A DNA stretch of 64,000 nucleotides from Thermoanaerobaculia bacterium (GCA_035490435.1 DATHEF010000044.1:67571-131570); one strand, 5' to 3'. Positions 8,645-18,111 are shown, counted from the first letter of the stretch. Notes: generated by a model not told the origin, from the letters alone. Translations and numbers: made by a program.

Positions 8645-9220
8645 CTATACGGATGGCAACGGGAGCTGGGCCGGCCGCAGCCGCTCCCAGGCCGTCCGCT
8701 CGACCGTATCCAGCCAGTCCGGCCGCGCCCCGGGGTCGAGCCGCAGGACGGGGAGCCGCCGCTCGGCGACCTCCTGGACGAGGCGCTCCTCGACAGCGCG
8801 CTGGAACCCGGGATCGGGGGAGCGGACGCCGTCCGGGCTCAAGGTCTCGACGATCGGGACGTGGACCAGCAGGTCGTACCCCTGGAGCCAGTACTCGACC
8901 AGCCGCTCCGGCCCGTCCTGCCGGCCGGCGGCGAGGAGGAGGTAGACGTAGTTGTCGAGCACGCTGCGGTCGCAGACCACGACCGGATACCGCGTCTGGG
9001 CGACCAGCTCCTCGGCGATCTGGGTATGGAGGATCCACGACTGCGCCGCCACCGACGTCTCCTCGTTGATCGGCAGCGGGCATCGCCGCGCCACCTCGTG
9101 GACCACCTCGATGGGCACGTCCCGCCGCTTCAACCGTGCCGCCAGCCCGTAGCAGAGCGTGGTCTTCCCCACGCCGTGGGTGCCGATGAACGCGATCTTG
9201 AAGCGGGGGGTGCGAAGCAT
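8645..9220 (-). CDS. P-loop NTPase (AAA_28 / nucleoside-kinase-like ATPase)
   Basis: Walker A FIGTHGVGKTTL, Walker B-like VVVCDRSVLDN. Confidence 0.7.
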   Translation of the reverse strand: MLRTPRFKIAFIGTHGVGKTTLCYGLAARLKRRDVPIEVVHEVARRCPLPINEETSVAAQSWILHTQIAEELVAQTRYPVVVCDRSVLDNYVYLLLAAGRQDGPERLVEYWLQGYDLLVHVPIVETLSPDGVRSPDPGFQRAVEERLVQEVAERRLPVLRLDPGARPDWLDTVERTAWERLRPAQLPLPSV

Positions 9221-9310
9221 AGGAGGGGATTGTAAGACCTGTCCGCGACGGTCCGTCGTCCCGAGAAAATTCTCCGTCGTCTCGGGAGATGGAGCGTCGC
9301 CGCTAGAGGA

Positions 9311-10585
9311 TTAAGGAATCTCGAGAGCCTCCTCCAGTATCCCCAGCGCCGCTGCGAGCTGCTCCTCGTTCACCGTCAGCGGCGGCACGAGCTGCGCGAC
9401 CCGCCCTTCCGGCCCGCCGGCGAGGAGGAGGACGCCCCGCGACCAGGCGGCGAGCATCCACTTCTTTGCGATCTCGGCCGTGCGGAACTGGACCCCCCAG
9501 AGGAGTCCCCGGCCGCGAACCTCCTCGATAGCGGGGAAGCGCTCCGGCCAGGTGGCGAGGCGCCGGCCGAAAATCTCGCCGAGGCGGGCGGCGCGGGCGG
9601 GGAGGTCCTCGTCCCGCAGGACGTCCATCGTCGCGAGGGCGGCGGCGCAGGCGAGCGGGTTGGCGAGGAAGGTGGCGGTGTGGCGCGCCTCGCCCGGGGT
9701 CTCCCAGCAGCGGAAGAGCTCGCGGCGGGCGACCACCGCGGCGATCGGCAGTCCGCCTCCCAGCGCCTTGCCGCAGCAGAGAATGTCCGGCCGCACACCC
9801 TCGTGCTCGACGGCGAAGCGGCGCCCCGTGCGTCCGAAGCCGGTGAAGATCTCGTCCGCGATCAGCAGCGTGCCGCGCCGCCGGCAGATTTCCGCCAGCC
9901 CCGCGAGCCAGCCGGCAGGAGGGATCAGCACCCCCTCGCGGCCGACGATCGGCTCGACGATCGCGGCACCGATCTCCTCACTCCCCAGGATCTCCGCCAC
10001 CCGCTCCAGATCGCCGCCGAAGGGGAGCCGGCGGACGTGCCCGTGGAGGTGGGCGGCGAAGGGGGCGCGGAACTCCTCCCGCGAGGTGACGTTGAGCGCC
10101 CCGAGCGTCGTGCCGTGATAGGAGGGCTCGAAGGCGAGGATACCCGGCCTGCCGGTGGCGCCGAGGGCGGTCTTCAGGGCGATCTCGACCGCCTCGGCGC
10201 CGGAGATCGCGAAGAAGACTCGCGGCTCGTCGACCGGCGCGATCTCCACCAAGCGCCGCGCGAGCTCGACGCGCAGCGGATGGGCCATCACGTCCCCCAG
10301 GGCATGGAGGAGATGGCCGGCCTGCTCGCGCACCGCCGCCACCATCCGCGGATGGCGATGGCCGACCGCCGCGACGCCGAAGCCCGAGGTGAGGTCTATA
10401 TAGATGTTGCCGTCGACGTCGCGGACGTTGGCGCCCCGCGCCTCTTCCCAGAGGATCGCGGGCTCTCCACCCACGAGCGTGTTGATCCCGGGGGCCTCGA
10501 ACCGTCCGAGGGCTGCCGACAGCTCGCGCGAGCGCGGCCCGGGGGGCGGGACGACGATCTCGGGGGGGAGGTCGCCGAAAGTCAC
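9311..10585 (-). CDS. Class III PLP-dependent aminotransferase (acetylornithine/GABA aminotransferase family)
   Basis: Motifs DVDGNIYIDL, LLIADEIFTGFGRTG, PDILCCGKALGGG (PLP lysine); GTG start overlapping recR stop (GTGA). Confidence 0.85.
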   Translation of the reverse strand: MTFGDLPPEIVVPPPGPRSRELSAALGRFEAPGINTLVGGEPAILWEEARGANVRDVDGNIYIDLTSGFGVAAVGHRHPRMVAAVREQAGHLLHALGDVMAHPLRVELARRLVEIAPVDEPRVFFAISGAEAVEIALKTALGATGRPGILAFEPSYHGTTLGALNVTSREEFRAPFAAHLHGHVRRLPFGGDLERVAEILGSEEIGAAIVEPIVGREGVLIPPAGWLAGLAEICRRRGTLLIADEIFTGFGRTGRRFAVEHEGVRPDILCCGKALGGGLPIAAVVARRELFRCWETPGEARHTATFLANPLACAAALATMDVLRDEDLPARAARLGEIFGRRLATWPERFPAIEEVRGRGLLWGVQFRTAEIAKKWMLAAWSRGVLLLAGGPEGRVAQLVPPLTVNEEQLAAALGILEEALEIP

Positions 10586-11166
10586 ATCTCGCGCCGGCCG
10601 GCGAGCGAGCGGCCCAGCGTCACCTCGTCGGTGTACTCGATGTCGCCGCCGACCGGCATGCCGAAGGCCAGGCGGGTGACCTTCACCCCCCGCGGCTTGA
10701 GCAGCCGGGCGAGGTACATGGCGGTCGCCTCCCCTTCGACGTTGGGATTGGTGGCCAGGATCACCTCCTCGATCCCCTCCAGCCGCGTGAGCAGGCCGGG
10801 GATGGCGAGGCGGTCGGGGCCGATCCCCCGGTGCGGGGACAGCGCCCCGAGCAGGACGTGGTAGAGGCCGTGGTACTCGCCGGTGCGCTCGACCGGTTCG
10901 AGGTTGAACGCCTCCTCGACGACGCAGATCCGGCTCCGGTCCCGCCGCTCGTCGGCGCAGTAGCGGCAGGGGTCGACAGCCGTGATGCTGTTGCAGACCG
11001 AGCAGTGGAAGAGCTTTTCCTTGACCTCCACGATGGCCTGCGCCAGGGCCTCGGCTTCCGAGGCCGGCACCTTGAGAAGATAGTGAGCGAGGCGGGTCGC
11101 GGTCTTGGGACCGATCCCCGGAAGCCGGGACAGCTCCCCTATGAGCCGGGCCAGGGGATCGGACAT
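10582..11166 (-). CDS. recR: Recombination protein RecR
   Basis: HhH motif, C4 zinc finger CSVCNSIT...CRYC, Toprim domain. Confidence 0.93.
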   Translation of the reverse strand: MSDPLARLIGELSRLPGIGPKTATRLAHYLLKVPASEAEALAQAIVEVKEKLFHCSVCNSITAVDPCRYCADERRDRSRICVVEEAFNLEPVERTGEYHGLYHVLLGALSPHRGIGPDRLAIPGLLTRLEGIEEVILATNPNVEGEATAMYLARLLKPRGVKVTRLAFGMPVGGDIEYTDEVTLGRSLAGRREM

Positions 11167-11182
11167 CGTCTCGACGCGCGGG

Positions 11183-11479
11183 CTAGAAGAGGCCCGGCAT
11201 GCTCGACGCCAGCGACCCCATCTTGCCTTGCATCGTCTCCTCGATCTTGCGGCCGGCCTCGTTGACCGCCGCGACGATCAGATCCTCCAGCATGGACGGA
11301 TCGTCCTTGTCCATTGCCTCGGGGTCGATCTTGCAGCCGACGAGCTGCTTGTGGCCGCTCATCCGGACGGTTACCATGCCGCCGCCGACGCTGGACTCGA
11401 CGACCAGCTCGTTCAGCTCGCGCTGCAGGCGCTCTTGCATCTCCTGAGCCTGCTTCATCAGTTTCTGCATGCTGCTCAT
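11183..11479 (-). CDS. ybaB: Nucleoid-associated protein YbaB/EbfC
   Basis: 98 aa; MQKLMKQAQEMQ...VTV family signature. Confidence 0.9.
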   Translation of the reverse strand: MSSMQKLMKQAQEMQERLQRELNELVVESSVGGGMVTVRMSGHKQLVGCKIDPEAMDKDDPSMLEDLIVAAVNEAGRKIEETMQGKMGSLASSMPGLF

Positions 11480-11485
11480 ATCGTT

Positions 11486-13219
11486 TCAATCCTCCGTATA
11501 GCTGCCGTGCTCTTCCACCGTTTCGATCCGCCCCTTGAAGATATCGAGGACGGCCTGCACCGTCGGGATCTGCTCCACCTGCTGGACCGGCCCGGTCTTC
11601 GTCTCCGCGGCGGGAGCCTTGGGCGCGTTGCGACTCTCCAGGATATCAAGTCGGGTCTCCGGACCCCAGACCGCGGCCGCCGCCTCGCCCAGAATGGCGC
11701 GGTTGGCGTCCAGCCGGGTGCGCAGATAGGTGTCGCCGCCCGGGCAGAAGACCGTGACGCGGCCATCCTCGAAGCGGATGTCCTCGGCGGCGTCGAGGAA
11801 GCCGCCGATATTCTGCTTGCGCTTGCCGGCCTCTTCCTTGAAGGCGGTGATCGGATCGCCCTGCCGGCTTGGCGGCGGCACCGGAGCAACGGGCCGCGGC
11901 GGTTGCGAAGACTGCTGCGGCTGCGGTTCGGCCTGGGGCGCCGTCTCGGCGGGTTTCGGGGCCGGCTGCTGCTGTTGTTGCGGCGGCGGCGCGGCGGCCC
12001 GGGGGGGCGGCTCGGGGGCGCGGCTCCGTGAAGGAGCGGGCGCGGGCGCGGGTCTCGGCGCGGCGGCGGGCCGCCCACCCTCGGCGTTTCCGGCGAAGGC
12101 CGAGCCGGCGAGGATCTCCTCCACCCGGGTGAGCTTCGGCAGCTCGGCGGCGCGCAGCCAGGCGATCTCGACCGCCAGCGCGCCGGTGTCGCTGCGGCGC
12201 ACGATCGGCTCGCTGGTCAGCAGCAGGTTCATCAGCCGCAGCAGGTTCTCGTAGCCGCTGGCGCGGGCGGTGGTGGCGAGCGCCTGGGCCTCCTCGCTGG
12301 GGAGGTCCACCTGCCCGGGCGAGCCGCCCATGGCGAGATGGAGCGCGTCGCGGCAGAAGGCGAGGAACTGGCCGTAGACGTGGCGCGGGTCCCAGCCTTC
12401 GTCCTCGATCCGGCGGACGGCGGTGCTCACCGCCGCGGAGTCGCCGGTGAGAATGCCGGCGATCAGCGTCTGGAAGAGGGCGGTGTCGAGGCCACCCAGG
12501 AGGCGCACGGCGTCCTCGTCGGCGATCGCGCCGGAGCCGAAGGTGGCGAGCTGATCGAGCAGGGCGACCGAGTCGCGCACGCTCCCCTCGCCGGCGCGGG
12601 CGATCAGCCGCAGCGCCGTGTCGCTCGCCTGGATCGCCTCGGCCTCGCAGATCGTCCGCAGGTGCGCCGCCAGGGCCGGCGACGGCACGCGCCGGAAGTG
12701 GAACTCCTGGCAGCGCGACAGGATCGTCGCCGGCACGGCGTCGATTTCGGTGGTGGCGAAGATGAAGACCAGGTGCGGCGGCGGCTCCTCGACGATCTTG
12801 AGCAGGGCGTCGAACGCCTGCCGCGACAGGCGGTGGATCTCGTCGAGCACCACCACCTTGTAGCGGTTGCGCGCCGGGCCGTACTTCAGGCTCTCGGTGA
12901 GATCGCGGACCTGCTCGACCTTCGAGTAGGTGGCGGCGTCGACCTCGATGACGTCGAGGTCTGAGCCGCGGGTGATCTCGATGCAGGCCATGCACTCGTT
13001 GCAGGGGTCGGCGGCGGGGCCGCGCTCACAGTTGAGCGCCTTGGCGAGCACGCGCGCCGCCGTCGTCTTGCCGACGCCGCGGATGCCGGAGAAGAGGTAG
13101 GCCTGCGCGATGCGCCCCTCCTGCAGGGCGTTGCGCAAGGCTGTAACGATCGGCTCCTGGCCGACGAGGCTGGAGAAATTCTGCGGGCGCCACTTGCGCG
13201 CGAGGACCTGATACGTCAT
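11486..13219 (-). CDS. dnaX: DNA polymerase III subunit gamma/tau
   Basis: MTYQVLARKWRP..., Walker A GIRGVGKTTAAR, zinc module CNECMACI, Pro/Ala/Gln-rich tau linker. Track's 13360 start is an extension that overlaps ffs. Confidence 0.92.
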   Translation of the reverse strand: MTYQVLARKWRPQNFSSLVGQEPIVTALRNALQEGRIAQAYLFSGIRGVGKTTAARVLAKALNCERGPAADPCNECMACIEITRGSDLDVIEVDAATYSKVEQVRDLTESLKYGPARNRYKVVVLDEIHRLSRQAFDALLKIVEEPPPHLVFIFATTEIDAVPATILSRCQEFHFRRVPSPALAAHLRTICEAEAIQASDTALRLIARAGEGSVRDSVALLDQLATFGSGAIADEDAVRLLGGLDTALFQTLIAGILTGDSAAVSTAVRRIEDEGWDPRHVYGQFLAFCRDALHLAMGGSPGQVDLPSEEAQALATTARASGYENLLRLMNLLLTSEPIVRRSDTGALAVEIAWLRAAELPKLTRVEEILAGSAFAGNAEGGRPAAAPRPAPAPAPSRSRAPEPPPRAAAPPPQQQQQPAPKPAETAPQAEPQPQQSSQPPRPVAPVPPPSRQGDPITAFKEEAGKRKQNIGGFLDAAEDIRFEDGRVTVFCPGGDTYLRTRLDANRAILGEAAAAVWGPETRLDILESRNAPKAPAAETKTGPVQQVEQIPTVQAVLDIFKGRIETVEEHGSYTED

Positions 13220-13242
13220 GGGATTTGGAGGTGACAGTGGTC

Positions 13243-13352
13243 GACGAAGGGTTCCGGTGAAGCTGCGGCACTCGACCGCATACCTTATCGCTGCTCCCTT
13301 CCGGGCCTGACGAGGTTCGGTAGTGGCCGATGCACAGGACCCGAACCCTTCG
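13243..13352 (-). ncRNA. ffs: Signal recognition particle RNA (4.5S, small type)
   Basis: Minus-strand sequence contains domain IV motif GUCAGGCCCGGAAGGGAGCAGC; 5' CGAAGGGUUC pairs with 3' GAACCCUUCG; conserved ffs-dnaX-ybaB-recR synteny. Confidence 0.8.
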
Positions 13353-13535
13353 TGGGCCACTGCAAGGCCCTCATGCTATGTCGTGGGATCTGGGAAGTAA
13401 AGAACACGGTACGGCAGGTCCAACCCCTGGGGTGGCGGGAGGAATTCCCTGAGCACTTTGAGCCCCGCGGTTTTGCGCCGCGGAAATTCTCGGGTAACAT
13501 ACGCGTTCCCGTTTGGGCGGGGGCGGTGGCATCTC

Positions 13536-14000
13536 TTGGAAAGACCCGAAGATCAGGTCTGGATGATGGAAGCCCTCGCCGAGGCGAGGCGAGCCGCCGG
13601 GATCGGTGAAGTGCCGATCGGGGCGGTGGTGGTCCGGGACGGGGTGGTGGTGGGGAGAGGCCACAATCGCCGCGAGACCGACGGCGACCCGCTGGCGCAC
13701 GCCGAGATCCTGGCGATCCGGCAGGCGGCATCGGTCGCCGGCGGATGGCGGCTCGCCGGGTGCACGATGTACGTGACCCTCGAGCCGTGCGCCATGTGCG
13801 CCGGAGCCCTGGTCAACAGCCGCGTCGAGCGGCTGGTCTACGGGGCGCCCGATCCGAAGGCCGGCTACTGCGGCACCCTGGGCAACGTGGTCCAGGACCC
13901 GCGGTTGAACCACCGGCTGGAAGTGATGGCCGGCGTGATGGAGAGTGAGAGCGCCGCGCTGTTGCGCGGCTTCTTCGCGTCGCTGCGGCGCAGGCCGTGA
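13536..14000 (+). CDS. tadA: tRNA adenosine(34) deaminase TadA
   Basis: CDA fold motifs HAEILAI and TLEPCAMCAGAL; start uncertain (TTG 13536 or ATG 13563). Confidence 0.88.
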   Translation: MERPEDQVWMMEALAEARRAAGIGEVPIGAVVVRDGVVVGRGHNRRETDGDPLAHAEILAIRQAASVAGGWRLAGCTMYVTLEPCAMCAGALVNSRVERLVYGAPDPKAGYCGTLGNVVQDPRLNHRLEVMAGVMESESAALLRGFFASLRRRP

Positions 14001-14024
14001 GCGGCAGGGTTCTTTGGAAGGATC

Positions 14025-14114
14025 GGGAGAGATGTCCGAGTGGCTTAAGGAGCACGCTTGGAAAGCGTGTGTAGGGGAAACTCTACCGTGGGTTCGAATC
14101 CCACTCTCTCCGCC
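14025..14114 (+). tRNA. tRNA-Ser (anticodon GGA)
   Basis: Cloverleaf with long variable arm, anticodon loop TTGGAAA, T-arm GTGGGTTCGAATCCCAC, CCA encoded. Confidence 0.85.
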
Positions 14115-14137
14115 ATCGATCTCAAACGTAAGACAAC

Positions 14138-14227
14138 CGGAGAGGTGCCAGAGCGGTCGAATGGGGCGGTCTCGAAAACCGTTGACCGGGCAACCGGTCC
14201 GTGGGTTCGAATCCCACCCTCTCCGCC
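14138..14227 (+). tRNA. tRNA-Ser (anticodon CGA)
   Basis: Anticodon stem GCGGT/ACCGT, loop CTCGAAA, long variable arm, identical T-arm, CCA encoded. Confidence 0.85.
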
Positions 14228-14382
14228 ATTCGCTGTTTCGTCTGCCGCTGAAGGACGGGCGTCCTTGACGTACTCCCCTGCGGTGCAATACTTTACGGGT
14301 TTCGTTCCAACCGAGCGGGCGGTTCCGGACCAGCCGGCGGTCCCGCGATCCATGACCTCGACTTCGAAGAAGGCGGCCACAC

Positions 14383-14517
14383 GTGAAACGGACTTTTCAG
14401 CCCAACAACCGTCGGCGCAAGCGGACCCACGGCTTCCTGGTGCGCATGCGCACCCGCAACGGTCGCGCGGTGATCGCGCGGCGGCGCCAGAAGGGACGCA
14501 AGCGCCTGAGCGTCTGA
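14383..14517 (+). CDS. rpmH: 50S ribosomal protein L34
   Basis: GTG start; translation [44 protein letters not shown] (44 aa); absent from ORF track. Confidence 0.9.
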   Translation: MKRTFQPNNRRRKRTHGFLVRMRTRNGRAVIARRRQKGRKRLSV

Positions 14518-14921
14518 TGGCGGGCGATCGTCTCCCGCCGGGGCCTATCGCGGGCGCGGCGGGCGAACGCCTGACCTCTGAAGAGAGACTGCGGCGACGG
14601 AAGGATTACCTCGGCTGCTATCGCACAGGTCGCAGACGGCACGGATCGTTCGCCATCCTCTACTTCGTTCCAAATCAGCTCGGGCATCCCCGGATTGGAA
14701 TCACCGCCAGCCGGAAGGTCGGCAAGGCGGTGGTGCGTCACCGGCTCAAGCGCAGGATCAAAGAGGTCTACCGGCGATGGCAGGACCGCGGCAGCCTCCC
14801 CGCTCTCGACCTGGTGGTCCATCTCAAGCCGGAAGCCGGCAAGAGCGACTTTCCGGCGCTGCGGGCGGAGCTGCTGCGGCTGTTTGGGGGCCTGCGCGAG
14901 CGGCGGGAGCCGGCCAGATGA
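14517..14921 (+). CDS. rnpA: Ribonuclease P protein component
   Basis: ATG overlaps rpmH stop (TGATG); RNR-motif [23 protein letters not shown]; only this part of track ORF 14058..14921 is coding. Confidence 0.88.
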   Translation: MAGDRLPPGPIAGAAGERLTSEERLRRRKDYLGCYRTGRRRHGSFAILYFVPNQLGHPRIGITASRKVGKAVVRHRLKRRIKEVYRRWQDRGSLPALDLVVHLKPEAGKSDFPALRAELLRLFGGLRERREPAR

Positions 14922-15124
14922 CGCGCCTGCTCATCTACCTGCTCGGCGTCTACAAACGGCGCCTCTCGCCGCTGCTGCCGCGCTCCTGCCGGTTCACTCC
15001 GACCTGCTCCGAATATGCCCGCCTCGCCATTCTCAAGCACGGCCCCTGGCGCGGCGGGTTTCTCACCGCGGGCCGGCTGATGCGCTGCCAACCCTTTCAT
15101 CCGGGCGGTCTCGACCTGCCGTAG
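14918..15124 (+). CDS. yidD: Membrane protein insertion efficiency factor YidD
   Basis: 68 aa; [32 protein letters not shown]; overlaps rnpA stop (ATGA). Confidence 0.88.
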   Translation: MTRLLIYLLGVYKRRLSPLLPRSCRFTPTCSEYARLAILKHGPWRGGFLTAGRLMRCQPFHPGGLDLP

Positions 15125-15175
15125 CGCGGCCCCGAGCCCCCGTAGACATACGAACGAAAAGGACTCTGAATCCCC

Positions 15176-16897
15176 GTGGAAACTCGCCGGTTGCTCCTTG
15201 CCTTCGTGCTCTCGCTGGCGGTCATCGCCATCTGGTACACCCTCTTTCCGCCGGCGAAGCCGAAGCCGCCGGAGCCGCCGGCGGCCCAGAGCCGGCAGGC
15301 GGCACCCGCCCCCGCGCCGGAGGCTCCTTCGGTGCCGCCGGCTGCCGCCGCCGTTCCGGGCCAGCCCGCGCCGGCGACGGCGGTCGCCGCCGCTCCTCCG
15401 GTCGCGGCGGCGGCCGAGGAGAAGGTTACCCTCCAGTCCGGCCGGACCGTCGCGGTGTTCACCAACCGGGGCGCGCAGCTCCTCTCGCTGATGGCGCCGG
15501 AGAAGTCGGACCCGAAGAGCGGCGTCCTGGAGCTGGTGCGCCAGCGGACAGGCCTCGATTATCCTTACTCCCTCTACTCCCTCGCCGCCGACGGCCTCCA
15601 GCCGAGTCCTCTGAACCAGGCGTTGTTCAGGACCGAGCGAGGGACGGACGGCCGCTCGGTTACTTTTCGTTACAGCGATCCGCTCATGGCCGCCGAGAAG
15701 ACCTTCCGGTTCGACGACCGGGGGTTCCTGGTGGCCGACGTCCGGGACGTCCGGGTTTCTGGTCGCGCCGACTGGGGTCTCTTGATCGGCCCTGGCGTGC
15801 GCAACCCGTCGGCCGAGGAGATGAAGAGCCGCTACGAGCACCGGCGGGCCGTCTACAAGGCCGGCGGCGACTACGAGACCGTCGACGCGGGCAGCACGTT
15901 CGACCCTGTCGACATCCCCGGGCGCTCGCTCGCCTGGGTGGGGATCGGGGACACCTATTACCTTTCGGCCGTGGTTCCGCAGGTGGCGGTCGACCGCGCG
16001 ATCCTCGTGCCCCTGATGGTGGAGATCGGCGACAAGGGGGGCGCGGCGAAGTTCCTGCCGGTGCCGGGCAAGGACCGGATCTCCAGTGATGAGAAGAAGC
16101 TCCCTCGCGAATTCGTTGCCATCCTGCGGCCGGCCGGGAACCACATGGCGCTCGCCTCCTACTGGGGAGCGAAGGATTACAACCGGCTGAAGGCCCTCCC
16201 CTACGGCCTTGACGAGACGATCGAGCTCGGCACCCTCAAGCCGCTGGTAGTGCCGCTCCTCATCGCCCTGCACTGGATCCACGACAACATCGTCGCCAAC
16301 TATGGATGGGCGATCGTGCTGCTGACGATCCTGATCAAGCTGGTGCTCCTGCCGCTGACCCACCGCAGCACGATGTCGATGCGGAAGATGCAGGACTTGA
16401 ACCCCAAGGTGCAGGCGGTTCGCGACCGCTACCGGCAGAAGCTGCGCGACAAGGCGGGCAAGCCGAACCTCGAGGCGCAGCGCAAGATGAACGAGGAGGT
16501 GATGGGCATCTATAAGGAGGCGGGGGTGAACCCCGCGGGCGGCTGCCTGCCGCTGCTCATTCAGATGCCGATTCTGTTCGCCTTCTACCGCCTGCTGTCG
16601 ACGGCGGTCGACCTGCGCCACGCGCCCTGGCTCCTGTGGATCCAGGACCTGTCGGCCTATGACCACTATTACGTGCTGCCGATCATCATGGGCGTCACGC
16701 AGCTCATCCAGGTCCGCATGGGGCCGCAGGCGGGCGATCCGATGCAGCGGCGGATGTTCCAGATCATGCCGGTGGCGATGACCTTCTTCTTCCTCGGCGT
16801 TCCCAGCGGGCTGGTGCTCTACTGGCTCACCAACAACGTCTTGACCATCATCCAACTTCAGGTTTACAACACTCTGCGGAAGCGGGAAGCAGCGTGA
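15176..16897 (+). CDS. yidC: Membrane protein insertase YidC
   Basis: N-terminal TM, large periplasmic domain, conserved C-terminal 5-TM core; GTG start. Confidence 0.92.
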   Translation: METRRLLLAFVLSLAVIAIWYTLFPPAKPKPPEPPAAQSRQAAPAPAPEAPSVPPAAAAVPGQPAPATAVAAAPPVAAAAEEKVTLQSGRTVAVFTNRGAQLLSLMAPEKSDPKSGVLELVRQRTGLDYPYSLYSLAADGLQPSPLNQALFRTERGTDGRSVTFRYSDPLMAAEKTFRFDDRGFLVADVRDVRVSGRADWGLLIGPGVRNPSAEEMKSRYEHRRAVYKAGGDYETVDAGSTFDPVDIPGRSLAWVGIGDTYYLSAVVPQVAVDRAILVPLMVEIGDKGGAAKFLPVPGKDRISSDEKKLPREFVAILRPAGNHMALASYWGAKDYNRLKALPYGLDETIELGTLKPLVVPLLIALHWIHDNIVANYGWAIVLLTILIKLVLLPLTHRSTMSMRKMQDLNPKVQAVRDRYRQKLRDKAGKPNLEAQRKMNEEVMGIYKEAGVNPAGGCLPLLIQMPILFAFYRLLSTAVDLRHAPWLLWIQDLSAYDHYYVLPIIMGVTQLIQVRMGPQAGDPMQRRMFQIMPVAMTFFFLGVPSGLVLYWLTNNVLTIIQLQVYNTLRKREAA

Positions 16898-16926
16898 GCG
16901 CGCCTCCCCCTGAGAGACCCATCCCT

Positions 16927-17991
16927 ATGAACGACGCCAAGCGACGCTATTTTTCCGGCGACACCCTGCAACAGGCTCTGGTTCAGGCCGCCAACTATTT
17001 CAATCTCGACCCCAGCTACGTCGCCTATCGCAGCCTCGAGAAGCGCCACGGCTTCCTGAAGACCCGCCGCAAGGTGGTGATCGAGGTCGATCCCGAGAAC
17101 CCGCGCCGGGAGACGCCGGTGTCGGTCCCGGCGGCGACCCGCACCTCGCCGCCGCCGGTGCCCTCCGCGTACCGGACGCGGCCGGAGGCGGCGCCGCTTC
17201 CCCAGGCCGATGTGGAAGAGGAGGCACCTTCCCCCGTGGCTCCTGCCGCCGCGCCGCCGCGAGCGCCTGAGGCGCGGGAAGCCCGTCCGCCGCGCGAGCC
17301 GCGTGGAGATCGCGGCGGCGATCGCGGTGGGCGCGGCGGTCCGAGGGAGCGGCGCGGTGGCGATGGCGGCGGTGAACGCCCCCGCCGGCGCGAGCGGGAT
17401 TTCGCGCCCCGGTCGCCGCGCCTGCCGGAGGCGGAGCCGTTCCGTCAGGCGGAGACGAGCCCGCAAGGAAGTCCGGAAGGTGATCTGGTGACCCTGCCGG
17501 AGCGGCCGCGGGGGATCTCCGAGCGCTATCCGGAGGCGACCGGATCGATGGGTGAAGCCGCGTTGAAGGCGGCGAACCTGCTGGTCCGCGTCGCGGGGCT
17601 GGATCTCAAGCCGCGGGTCTTCCAGGGGGAGGAGCGGCTGGAGGTCGATCTTGTGGGGGAGGATGTGGACTGGTGCTTCGCGGACGACGGCGAGATCCTG
17701 ATGGCCATCGAGCACCTGCTGCCGCGGATGATCCGCTCGCTGAGCGGCGGTGAGACCACCGCCGTGCGGGTGGATTGCGACAACTTCCATGAGATCCGGG
17801 AGGAGCGCCTGCGCAGCTTGGCCCAGCGCGTGGCCGAGGAGGTCCGCAAGCGTGGCAAGCCGCGGGTGCTGGAGCCCATGAACCCGGGCGACCGGCGGAT
17901 CATCCACACTACCCTGGCGGATGACCCCAACGTGGTCACCGAGAGCGAAGGGGACGGTTACTTCAAGCGGATCATGGTCCGGCCGGCGTAG
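16927..17991 (+). CDS. jag: Jag/KhpB RNA-binding protein (Jag_N, KH, R3H domains)
   Basis: Jag_N MNDAKRRYFSGDTLQQAL, Arg/Glu/Pro-rich linker, C-terminal R3H NPGDRRIIHTTL; alternative coupled GTG at 16894. Confidence 0.85.
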   Translation: MNDAKRRYFSGDTLQQALVQAANYFNLDPSYVAYRSLEKRHGFLKTRRKVVIEVDPENPRRETPVSVPAATRTSPPPVPSAYRTRPEAAPLPQADVEEEAPSPVAPAAAPPRAPEAREARPPREPRGDRGGDRGGRGGPRERRGGDGGGERPRRRERDFAPRSPRLPEAEPFRQAETSPQGSPEGDLVTLPERPRGISERYPEATGSMGEAALKAANLLVRVAGLDLKPRVFQGEERLEVDLVGEDVDWCFADDGEILMAIEHLLPRMIRSLSGGETTAVRVDCDNFHEIREERLRSLAQRVAEEVRKRGKPRVLEPMNPGDRRIIHTTLADDPNVVTESEGDGYFKRIMVRPA

Positions 17992-18018
17992 ACGCCGATT
18001 GAAGCGAAGTTGATCCAA

Positions 18019-18048
18019 GGGCGGCCTGCGACGGCCGCCCTTTGTTTT
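18019..18048 (+). terminator. Rho-independent terminator after jag (GGGCGGCC-TGCGAC-GGCCGCCC + TTTGTTTT)
   Basis: Read directly. Confidence 0.7.
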
Positions 18049-18055
18049 GCAGCCA

Positions 18056-18071
18056 TGTTTCACGTGAAACC
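18056..18071. promoter_or_regulatory. parS: parS centromere site 1 (TGTTTCACGTGAAACC)
   Basis: 15/16 match to tGTTNCACGTGAAACa consensus. Confidence 0.85.
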
Positions 18072-18095
18072 CTGGGAGCGCCGGCGCTCCCAGGA

Positions 18096-18111
18096 CGTTT
18101 CACGTGAAACA
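18096..18111. promoter_or_regulatory. parS: parS centromere site 2 (CGTTTCACGTGAAACA)
   Basis: 15/16 match; separated from site 1 by a perfect 22-bp GC palindrome CTGGGAGCGCCGGCGCTCCCAG (18072..18093). Confidence 0.85.

Noticed and set aside
14025-14227. One of the long-arm tRNAs being tRNA-Sec (selC), given Sec-containing selD
   Set aside because: Anticodons read as GGA and CGA (and GCT, TGA elsewhere), none UCA; acceptor stems are 7 bp as in tRNA-Ser
14058-14921. 287-aa ORF spanning the tRNA-Ser genes and rpmH
   Set aside because: Only the last 134 codons (rnpA, from ATG 14517) are coding; upstream part crosses two tRNAs and rpmH in another frame
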